A DNA stretch of 64,000 nt from Squalus acanthias (taxonomy: Eukaryota), in the NCBI GenBank assembly GCA_030390025.1, contig CM059432.1, positions 75,704,001 through 75,768,000 of the forward strand, read 5' to 3'. The notes under the pieces are model-generated. The model was not told where the DNA came from, did not search any database, and saw only the letters and a list, made by a program, of their open reading frames with translations. The position numbers and the translations under genes were made by a program. This document shows positions 51,276 through 61,359 of the stretch, one piece after another (the stretch's first letter is position 1; every line of letters begins with the position of its first letter).

Positions 51276-52240
51276 ATAAGAACATAAGAACATAAGAAAT
51301 AGGAGCAGGAGTAGGCCAATCGGCCCCTCGAGCCTGCTCCGCCATTCAATAAGATCATGGCTGATCTGATCCTAACCGCCAATCTACTATCTATCACAGA
51401 ACCATCTCCTGCATCTAACAGAATTGCACACACGAAATAGGAGCAGAATCAGGCTACACAGTCCCTGGGCCCGCTCCACTACCCACAGGGCCATGACCGA
51501 TCCGAACCTAGACTCATGTCCAAATTCCTGCCCGCTCCCCGTAACCCTTAATGCCCTTTACTTCTAGGAAACTGTCTATTTCTGTTTTAAATTTAATTAA
51601 TGTTGTAGCTTCTACAGCTTTTTGTGGCAGCATATTCCATGGACCTACCACCCTCTGAGTGAAGTAGTTCCTCCTCATCTCAGTTTTGAAAGAGCAGCCC
51701 CTTATTCTAAGACTATGTCCCCTAGTTCTCGTCTCACCCGTCATCGGGAACATCCTCCCCGCATCCACCCGATCCAACCCCTTCACAATCTTATATGTTT
51801 CAATAAGATCGCCTCTCATTCTTCTGAACTCCAATGAGTAGAGTCCCAATCTACCCAACCTCTCCTCATATGACCACCCCCTCATCCCCGGGATTAACCG
51901 AGTGAACCTTTTTTGCACTGCCTCGAGAGCAAGGATGTCTTTCCTTAAGTAAGGACACCAAAACTGTATGCAGTATTCCAGGTGCGGTCTCACCAATACC
52001 TTGTACAACTGAAGCAATACCTCCCTATTTTTATATTCTATCCCCCTAGCAATGAAAGCCAACATTCCATTTGCCTTCTTAATCACTTGCTGCACCTGCA
52101 TACTAACCTTTTGAGTTTCGTGCACCAGGACCCCCAGATCCCTTTGCACTTCAGTACTCTCCAGTTTCTTGCCATTAAGATAATAAATTGCTCTAGGATT
52201 TTTCCTGCCAAAGTGCATCACCTCACACTTTCCAGTGTAT
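51276..52240 (-). mobile_element. CR1 3' fragment with uninterrupted C-terminal ORF2 segment and extended 3' UTR
   Basis: ORF 51514-52221 (LVRPHLEYCIQFW, RRMRGDLIETYK); tail with CTTATGTT repeats. Confidence 0.95.
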
Positions 52241-52546
52241 GTTCACTTACTGACTCTAAAGGAAAGCAGCTTACTGATTCATATCTGGCCTTGCCTCACC
52301 GAAGTGTTAATCAACCCGCCTTTTGAAAGATTGGAGAAGTGCATGTGAGCACATGTGCGAGGTTCACAATATCCAGTTCAAGGGGGTCACGTTGTTACTC
52401 CCCATGGATCACGCAATCCTACATGTAGAAATTGGGTAGGAAAACTTAACTCCGTATCATGAGGGAGGCAGGCCTGCTTACAGGAGAGACAGCTGGCACT
52501 AACCTGAGCGAATATCTAAAGATGAACCTGAAATTTGGAACACATT

Positions 52547-53271
52547 GGCCCAGAATTTGCTGGAGCAAGGCATCTCGCGGCATGCCCTGTTAAACTCTTT
52601 CCCTCAGCCTTCAGCTCGAAAAAGTTTTGTGCTGCAAATAGTTGGAAATGTGAGCAGATAACGGGCCATCCGGGACCATGGTGAACAATGGTGCCAACAG
52701 TCTATCTCCTTAACCAATGAGCTTTAAGGTTAGAGAAAGAAACAAGGGGATGACGGAGAAGAAAATAGCGTAACAGAGAGTCAAATCAGGTACAGAAAGA
52801 GAGGGAAAGAAATATTAGATTAAGAGAGTGAGAAAAAAAGAGACAGAAAGGAAAAGTAAGAAAATAAATTAAAATGTAAAATTTATAAAACCTCTAACAA
52901 CAATTTACTATCTGTAGGAATGAGACTCAACAGTTTAAATTGTTCCCTTTCTGGGCCAGAGAGGTTAAGTGGCAATGCAGGAACATAAATCTCATCATTG
53001 AAAGGGCCCTTAAGCAGTTAAGTAGCAGCTCAAACTTTCTGCGGCGTGTTTTATTGGTAATTAATGTACAATTCAACAATTTCTTGAAACTAATGGGGAG
53101 GTTGAAGGCGAGCTGTTGTTTTCTTAAGGCTAATGGCGGAGCGGCATAATTCACCAGCAACTTGTGACGATTTGCAACTCACAGGGTATCTCTTCCTCGC
53201 CACAAGTTGCTGGACAATTTACACATTAATAACGGCGAGCGCCATGAAACTTTCCCTGCAAATTCTGGGCC
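52547..53271. mobile_element. Non-autonomous Harbinger-type MITE
   Basis: Perfect 14-bp TIR GGCCCAGAATTTGC and GCAAATTCTGGGCC; flanks ATT and AAT. Confidence 0.88.
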
Positions 53272-53344
53272 AATCTGTCATCCAACTTTTGCATTGCTGT
53301 ACTTGCAATGTTTTTCTTGTATGTTTTGCCCTCATGAATTCATA

Positions 53345-53820
53345 AGATAAATACGCATGAGGAAGAAGAAGGTCATTCAGCTCATCCATACAGAGAGAAT
53401 TTATATTCCCCTATTACACTATCCAGCTGCTTCTTAAATGAGTCTAGGATTTTAGCCTCATTCGTCAATCCAGAAGTACATGCCACATGTTGCTTTTTGT
53501 AAAGAAGAACTTCCTGACATTAGTTCTAAATTTACCTTTCGCTGGTTTAAACTTCTACCCTTGTCTACTGTCATGATTTAATTTGAAGTAATTCTGAATT
53601 ACGCTGTCTTATTTTAGTCACCTCCTTTCAAGGTTGAAAAATCTAAATCCTTCCAGTTTTTTTCCATAACTTAGTCCTTTGACAGTAGGGATAAGTCTCA
53701 AAGCTCCTCTCTGTACCATCTCCATGGGTTAAATGTCTCTCTTGTATCTTAGGAAGCAGCACAGAACATGGTAGTCAAGGTTGTGGTCTGACCAGAACAC
53801 CCTGCAGTTTCAACATGACC
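53345..53820 (-). mobile_element. Old CR1 3' fragment
   Basis: Degenerate antisense CR1 motifs (GTAAAGAAGAACTTCCTGACAT, CTCCTCTCTGTACCATCTCCA, GGTTGTGGTCTGACCAG). Confidence 0.6.
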
Positions 53821-53987
53821 CTGAGGTTCTCTTCTTACTCTTTCTCATCTTTATCTTTGTTGATTCTCTTTGCTTTCTGTGTTCTTGTACTTTTCATTCC
53901 TACTTACTTTTTTTGTTTTCTCTTCCCCCATTTCTCTCTAATTCTTTAGCTTTGTTATTGATTTTATTCTCTTCTATCAGCCACTTT

Positions 53988-54641
53988 GGGGTGAATTTTA
54001 ACCCCCAAAAGCGGGTGGGTTGGGGTCGGGTGAGATGTTAAAACTTTAAATTTCAAACTCGACCCCAACCCACCTCCAACCCGCCCACTTCCAGGTTTAA
54101 CGGAGGCGGGTTGCCCATTTAAATATTATAATGAGGCTGGAAGCCTCTGATTCAACCCAGGCCGGCCAGGTTTCCCAGGTCTCGGGAAAACTGGCGACTG
54201 AATGGAGGCGAGGACAGCTTCGGCAAGAAGGTAAGTGCATTTACAGCACTGCTTGTGGGCCAGGAGGAGCAGGAGTGCTTCCCCCCGGCCCCCCAAGCTT
54301 ACCCTCTTGCCTTGGATTGGACCCCCATCAGCCCACCATCAAACCTCCCCCCCATACAAAGACCCCCCCGGGATCCGACCTCCCAACCGGCCCCCCGGGG
54401 TCAGGGATCGTACGACCACACCCCTTACTTGCGGCTGCGGCCTGCTCCAGACTGCTCCCTGCCCAACTGGAAGCCAAGTGTGTCACTCAGGCTGACTTCC
54501 GGGCGGGGATCCTGTCCAAAAAAATAAGCACGCTGTGGAGTTAAAAGTCCACAGCACGCCTAGGAAGCCCGGACTTCCGGGTTTCCTATCCGAAACTCCG
54601 CACCCCCGCCAACACAAGCGGCCTCTGTCAAGATCGGGACC
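53988..54641. mobile_element. Non-autonomous Harbinger-type element
   Basis: Ends GGGGTGAATTTTAAC and GTCAAGATCGGGACC; TTT on both flanks; related in inverse orientation to 58527-59397. Confidence 0.75.
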
Positions 54642-55433
54642 TTTGAGTCAGTGGAGGGGATTTCCTCCTCTATCCTGCCTGAAAGATATCAGCAGAATTA
54701 GTCAGAGTCCTACAAACCTCACCGCCTGATCTGCATTCACCACCCTTGCCTCTGCCAGGACTTCCTTCCCTACCTGCCAAATGCTAATACTGGCAGGGGG
54801 CACAGGGCCTGGGGCCTTGGCTTATTTCTATCCCAGCCACCCCTGTTCTTGTTGCTTTCCGGGGTCATCATGTGAGCCATGGCAGTAGGCCTGGGATAGT
54901 GGCAGCAAAGGCCCCAAATGAACCAAATAGATGAAGAGGGTCTTGTAGTGACTTTGTCTCCCTCCAACTCTCTGCCGCTCCTTACCTAGGCTTCAGGATC
55001 AGGTGTGACCTTCAGTAGAAGACTCAGAGCAATCTTTAGGTCCTCTGGCCCCTTTAAGGTGTCTTCTTCTCAAGTTGCATTGGCAGTCCCACTGCAGCAC
55101 CATCTTCATTTTCCAGGGGGTCGATGAGGGGCTCTTGCATGCTGGCAGGAATCCTACCAGAAGCCTGCCATGAATACATAATAACCCCTTGCTGGAAACT
55201 GGGCCTGGGTCATACCAGGGTCGTGGTGGCTGGTGGAAATCCCACTCAGCCCTGTAGGGGTGAGTTAAGGAAAATCCAGCCTAGTGTTTCTAGTTACTTA
55301 TTGCCCTAGTTTCTAAGGATGTTGGAATAAAAGATTCCCACTGAGATTTCATTATTCCTCTGGGATTCTTGAGGGTTTCAGATATTCGAGCAATTTGATC
55401 CAGCTGCAGAAACCTTGTTGTTATGAGCATGCA

Positions 55434-55760
55434 GCTCCCCTGATGACTCACTGGGTAAGTGCCCCCAATCGATATGTCACTACACCATAAACCGGGAAGG
55501 TTCTTGGTCTGGCTCCTTCTCTGTGCGGAGTCACCTGCAGCAGTAAGGAAACTATTTTGCCCTCAGTTTCCATTTGTTAATTAACAGTCAATAAGCCCTA
55601 CAAGTAAGTGTGTATGTGGATGAGGACAGAATTGTGATGTCCCCGACAATTAAATAACCTTCTTACACAGACGCTCTAGGTTCACACCTGAAGAATGAGC
55701 ACTCAGTAAATGTAGCCAGCACCCGAGAATCGGTACTCCAGCATCAGTCGTTGAAAAGGG
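55434..55760 (+). mobile_element. Old SINE family A
   Basis: GTGTGGATGAGGACAG, CTAGGTTCACACCTGAAGAATG blocks shared with the other copies. Confidence 0.5.
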
Positions 55761-56220
55761 GACACAATCCTCTGTTATCCATGTTTGTGTGGAGGGGCTT
55801 CTTTGCAATGTGGAGAACCGTAACATATGCCAGAGTGTTGGATTATTTATTGCCTTTTCATTTATACTGCTGGTAGCATTCTGGAAACTTTGGACTCAAA
55901 GTAAAAAGTTAAATTATGCCATTGTTCTATCTCTTCTTTCTTGTAGGAAAGATCACACACATTGCAAGCATGACTCAGTGTTTAACACTGAAAGAACACT
56001 GAATACGCTGTCAGCATTAGATAGTGACACTGACTTCAAATTCACATACAGCTCTCTGCATTGTTTCATACCATGCTTAATTTCTAATTTCATATAATTA
56101 ACACATTTTTTCTCTTAGTGCTGTGTAATGACTAATCAGCATATTATATAAATTATGTATGTCAAATCGAACATGATAATGCTGCTGGAAAAGACATTTT
56201 TCTGGCAGTGTTTTCATATT

Positions 56221-56952
56221 GGGGTAGAGTTTCCGCTTTGGCGCAATCGGCAAGTCCGGCGCAAATTGCGCCCAAAATTGCACCCGTTTTGAAAAGTGAT
56301 TTTTCCCCCCTGAGTTTCCGGTCAATCTCATTTGCATATCGCCAACACAAAATCTACCATGAACCAGCACAATCAGGCAGTGTTTTAAATCAAATTTTGT
56401 TTTTAAATGTGCTTTAAAAGTTATTCCTTGATATATTTAAGAGTGGTAACTTGGCAAAGATTGATTAATACAGCTGAAAATGGTTTTATCGCAAAAAATA
56501 AGCATTTTAAATCACATTGTCAATCCACCACCTGTGAGTAACCTGATTTTAAATGACTGAAAATGACTTTTAACAAATATACAAAACTATTTCCTAGTTA
56601 GATTTGGGTACAGTAGTGAGTTCCTTAGCAAATTTATAAAAAACTCATTCAAAACGTACCTATTAGTGACCTTGCGGCCAAAAGTTCCAGCTTAATTTTT
56701 GGAGCCTCCTCGAAGGCCTGCAAACGAGCACAATTAGCGGAAACTCCCAATAGTGATTAATTCACCCTGGGGGCGTGGCCACTTTTGGGGGTGGGGCCTG
56801 CTTCTAGCGCAATGTGTTTAAAACTAGCGCAAAAGATCGAGTTGCGCTAAACGCAATTAGCGCTTAAAATTCCGAGATCTTTTGCGGCGATTGCGCCGCT
56901 ATCGGGGAAATTGCGCCGAAGAAACAGCGCAATTGAGCGGAAACTCCTGTCT
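56221..56952. mobile_element. Non-autonomous Harbinger-type MITE
   Basis: TIR core GAGTTTCCGCT and AGCGGAAACTC; GCGCAA-rich subtermini; AT-rich centre. Confidence 0.75.
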
Positions 56953-57618
56953 GACACATGGTGACATCAGTGCACATTTGCCTCGATTAATATTCTTTAA
57001 ACAACTTCTCTTTTCAATAATCTTTGACCCAATGTTATTCTAGTTCAAATTGTAAAATCACACTGATTTTGCCTAGTAATTAACAAATTACTTGGATTAA
57101 ATTATTTGAAAAGCAATCTTTGTTAAAGCTGTTTAACCTCAGTGGTAACCAAACAAATGGCATCAATAATTTTTTTCAACAAATACAGAACTCTATAAAT
57201 GATCAAACAAGCACCAGAATGCAGCAAATTTACACCATCTGGAAGTGTGCTGCATGGTTACAGCAGCTTTGTACTCCATCAAAGAACTTTTTCTGAAGAT
57301 GTAAAATTATGTATGTGAGAATGGCTGACTCTTCCTCCCTACTCAAAGGCCCTGATATTTACAAAGAGGTGGGGAGCATGAAAACGGCTGAAGGACCCGG
57401 CAATGCTGGGAATGTGGCGGTCCAAATTTAACGGCAGGACCTCATGATCAATTTTTAGATCCATTTACCGCCCGGCAGCCGCCCAAATGGCTGCAGCTGG
57501 GACCCTTGGGGACAGTCCCCAGAAATCAGGAGGGGAGCACGAACCTTGCAGCAGGGGGAAAGTCGTGCATCATGGACGGGGGATGGTTGGACAGCATAGT
57601 AGTGGAAAAGTCAGACAC

Positions 57619-57990
57619 TTTTTTTAAAATTCATTCACAGGATGTGGGCGTTGCTGGCAAGGCCTGCATTTATTGCCCATCCCTAATTGCCCTTGTCTGA
57701 GTCGCTTGCTAGGCCATTTCAGAGGGCAGTTAAGATTCAACCACATTGCTGTGGGTCTGGAGTCACATATCAGCCAGACCAGATAAGAACGGCAGATTTC
57801 CTTCCCTACAGGGAACCAGATGGGTTGTTACATGGTCACCATTACTGATACTAGCTTTTTATTCCAGATTTATTTAATTAACTGAATTTAAATTCCCCAG
57901 CTGCCATGGTGAGATTTGAACTCATGTCTCTAGATCATTAATCAGGCCTTTGGATTACTAGCCCAGTAACATAACCACTATGCTACTGTG
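57619..57990 (-). mobile_element. tRNA-headed SINE sharing its 3' tail with the LINE at 6882 (nested in a MITE at about 57348-58212)
   Basis: A box TAGCATAGTGG and B box GAGTTCAAATC on minus; tail GCATTTATTGCCCATCCCTAATTGCC identical to the LINE end near 6928-6953. Confidence 0.8.
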
Positions 57991-58526
57991 GCTGGGAAGA
58001 TTGGATATTGCAGTGGGGGAAGGTTGGACAGTGCGGGGGTGGGGGGCGATATTTTAATGAAGTGTCCCGACTCTCCATGGTGGGACACTCGGACACCATG
58101 AAACCCGCCGCCATAAAAACGTCAACGGGCGCGTGCGTGGTGGGTCACGCATTTGACAGTTTAACCCCCGAACCTCTCCTACCCATTGTGGGGGGCAGTT
58201 AGTATCGAGACCAAAATGTTAAAATCCAAATATACTGGCTCAAAACTGTTTTTTACTGTGTTCTATGACTGAATGGCTTTTGACAGCTGATGGATACTCC
58301 ACAGAAAATCACTGCATGGAATGATACTTTGGATTTTCACACAACTGAATTAATAGAAAGAGCATTTGATTCTCTATCAATCAGTCAGGCACATAGAGCA
58401 AATATGTAGGATTTTTCAGGCTTGAGCTGTTTTCTGAAGAATTCAAGCCTCCTTATTTTTTGGTTATATGACACAAAAGCAACATCAGTTTCTAAATAGT
58501 AGGCATGGCAACCAGGTTTGATTCAT

Positions 58527-59397
58527 AGACCAGAATTTTAATTTGGAGGTGGGTAGGGAGCGGGGGGCTGCAATGCGGTCGGGAAACCCGGGAGAACGGG
58601 TTTCCCTCAGGCCCTGCTGAATTTAACGGCAGGGCATGATTAACATTTTGAATCTCTGTTTCCCGCCTGCAGCCAGCCAGATGGAGAGGCTGGCTGGCAG
58701 TTGGGCAGGTAGGCCTGCAGCACCAGGCCGCAGAGAGGAGGAAGGGAGGGATCGGGGGGGGTGGGTCGGAACACCTGGGATCTTCGGAGAGGTCGAGAGC
58801 TGGAGGATCTTCGGAGGGGTCGGGGGCTGGAGGATCTTTGGAGGGGTCGGGGCTGCAGATCTTCCGAGGGGTCGAGGGCTGGAGGATCTTTGGAGGGCTC
58901 TGGGGCTGCAGATCGGAGGCTGGAGGGGGGATCGGAGATCAGTGACCTCGTGGCGAGTGGGGAGGTCAGAGGTCTTGGGCGGGAGGTTGTAGGGGAGACC
59001 CAATGGGTGGGGGGGGGGGGTCTGATCACGGGGGGTTAGCGAGGCAGGAACGCTGGATCCAGTAGATAAGTGGAAAGGCACTTACCTCCAAGATCTAGCA
59101 GTCTCGCCTTTGTTTAGCTGGCTAGTTCCCCAAGGGCTGGGAAACCCGCCCGCCCACAGTTAAATTTAAAATGGTGGATCACCATGAGGCACGCAGTCTC
59201 ATTATAATATTTAAAGTGCCAACTGGCCTCCTGTGAGCGGGTTGGTTGCCTGCCCCCCCCCCCACCCCCCCGTCCCACCTCCATTAAAACTGGAAATGAG
59301 TGGGTTGGAAGTGGGTTGCAGTTGGGATTCAGATTTTTATCTCTTTAACCTCCCACCTGACCCCAATCCACCCGTTTTTTCGGGTTAAAATTCCCCC
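58527..59397. mobile_element. Non-autonomous Harbinger-type element with internal minisatellite
   Basis: Ends AGACCAGAATTTTAA and GTTAAAATTCCCCC; CAT on both flanks. Confidence 0.75.
58778..58924 (+). repeat. 26-27 bp minisatellite, about 5 copies
   Basis: Unit approximately GGATCTTCGGAGGGGTCGGGGGCTGGA. Confidence 0.85.
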
Positions 59398-59482
59398 CAT
59401 AGTCTGAGGAAGGTCTGGCTGTTTTATTTATTTGTTCCTGGGATATGGTCAACATTGACTAAGCAGTTTTTATTGCCCTAGT

Positions 59483-60008
59483 TCCTGCAAATCCATTGGC
59501 AGGATAGGCGCAGCCAACATCCCCAGCATCGAAGCTCTGACCACGCTCAATCATCTCCGATGGATGGGCCACATCGTCTGCATGCCCGATACAAGACTCC
59601 CAAAACAAGCACTCTACTCGGGGCTCCGACACAGCAAGAGAGCCCCAGGTGGGCAGAGGAAATGCTTCAAGGACACCCTCAAAGCCTCCTTGAAAAAATG
59701 CAACATCCCCACCGACACCTGGGAATCCCTGGCCCAAGACCGCACAAAGTGGAGGAGAAGCATCCGGGAAGGCGGCGAACACCTCGAGTCTCTTCACCGG
59801 GAGCAAGCGGAATCCAAGCACAAACAGCGGAAGGAGCGCACGTCAACCCAAGCACCCCACCCACCCGCCCCTTCAACCACCGTCTGCCCCACCTGTGACA
59901 GAGACTGTAGGTCCTGCATTGGACTCATCAGTCACTGAGAACTCATTTTTAGTGTGGAAGCAAATCATCCTCGGTTCCGAGGGACTGCCTAAGAAGAAGA
60001 AGAAGAAG
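59483..60008 (+). mobile_element. RTE-clade LINE 3' fragment, inserted in an older copy (about 59421-60280, minus) of the 57619 SINE family
   Basis: GHIVCMPDTRLPKQALY, GGQRKCFKDTLK, C-terminal CPTC...IGLISH zinc-finger-like motif, (AAG)n tail. Confidence 0.9.
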
Positions 60009-60747
60009 TTTCCCTGAGGGCTTTAAGAATCAGCCACACAAAATGTAGAACTGGAATCATTTGAAGACTAGACCAGGTGGGGGTGGCAGTTCCTGAAGAA
60101 CTTTAATCAGCCAGTTTTTTTTAATGACAATTCAGCAGGTTTCATGGTCATTATTCTGGTGCAGCCACTAATTACAAAATTTATTGAATTCAGTTTCACA
60201 ACTTGCCATCGTAGGATTGGAATTCCCACACTCTGGGTTCCATACTTCAATATCACAGTCATCAGACTACCATACCCTAGCATGTCAAATAATCAGAGGC
60301 CATTCTAAAATTCAGTAGTTTACATTCAATGCACATTTCTCTTCTTGGATAGACTATTGTGTGAAAAGGTTGATGGAGCAAGGGGAGCATTCCTTGGCTG
60401 ATTGTTTCTCACTGGAACACAATCCTTTGAAATGTCTGCTAGTGATTTATAAACTTGTTTTATCAATGTTATTTCTGCATGCCCTTTCCTCTTTTAGAAG
60501 TGACTGACTTCCACAGCTTTTGTTGTTTAAGTTTGTTTTATTTCATTAATTCCCTTCATTGGCACAAACATACATTTACATTTGAACAAAGTACACTCCA
60601 GATGGTCTTAGCTTGTGTTTCTGTTTTCAGCACTAGCTTTAATTGTAGCTTAGACAATAACATTTCATACCCATAAGGTACTGCAGCTGTAGAATACAGA
60701 TAACCAGATACAATTCAACAATATCCGCAAAGTTACCCAGTAATATT

Positions 60748-60938
60748 AAAGCAAAATACTGCGGATGCTGGAAATCTGAAATAAAAACAGAAAATGCTGG
60801 AAATACTCAGCTTAAAAACCTGTTCCATCTCCAGCTTTTCCCAGTTCTGACGAAGGGTCATCAACCTGAAACATTAACTCTGTTTCTCTCTCCACAGATG
60901 CTGCTTGACCTGCTGAGTATTTCCAGCATTTTCTGTTT
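60748..60938. mobile_element. Penelope-like remnant with inverted ends and 15-bp TSD
   Basis: AAAAACAGAAAATGCTGGAAATACTCAGC and GCTGAGTATTTCCAGCATTTTCTGTTTTT are inverted; TTACCCAGTAATATT is directly repeated at 60733-60747 and 60939-60953. Confidence 0.7.
60843..60879 (+). ncRNA. Minimal type-I hammerhead-ribozyme-like motif (probably degenerate)
   Basis: AGTT-CTGACGA-AGG(GTCATCAA)CCT-GAAAC-ATT-AACT: core boxes, stem II and stem I are visible by eye. Confidence 0.55.
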
Positions 60939-61084
60939 TTACCCAGTAATATTCATCTGCTCACATTATTTAAAAATACGGCTAATCACTGTGCATCAAA
61001 ACTTGATCGTAGACAATCACAAAAGATCCGCAATTGTAAAAGATCCGCTCAAACATGACGAGGCTTCACAGTTTCCCCCTTCAT

Positions 61085-61295
61085 TAGAGAGCCTCGGTGA
61101 CCTCCCTGATACAACAGTGGACTGCAAACTGGATGTCACCTTCTGCAGCTTTGAAGGAGCCTGTTGCATAAAAGTTAATGGCCATGGTGACCTTAGCAGC
61201 CACAGGCAGTGCTGTCCATCCCCTGGTTGGAGGCTCGAGTTGTGACTGCAGCAGGTGACATAGCTCAGTGACAGCCTCCTTTGTGAAGGGAAGGC
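61085..61295 (-). repeat. Inverted duplicate of H4 transposase segment 62074-62296
   Basis: Near-identical reverse complement with a 12-nt deletion. Confidence 0.95.
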
Positions 61296-61359
61296 ACTGC
61301 TGTTTGAATTGAGACAATAATTTCGTTAAAACTGAAAAGGTAAGCTGCCCTGCTGGCTC

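Noticed and set aside
55949..56097. Plus-strand exon after a strong polypyrimidine/AG acceptor
   Set aside because: No clear donor, no recognisable peptide and no partner exons.
58623..59081. CRISPR-like array or Pro-rich proteins
   Set aside because: Head-to-tail minisatellite with no unique spacers, no cas genes and a eukaryotic context; the ORFs reflect GC-rich repeat.
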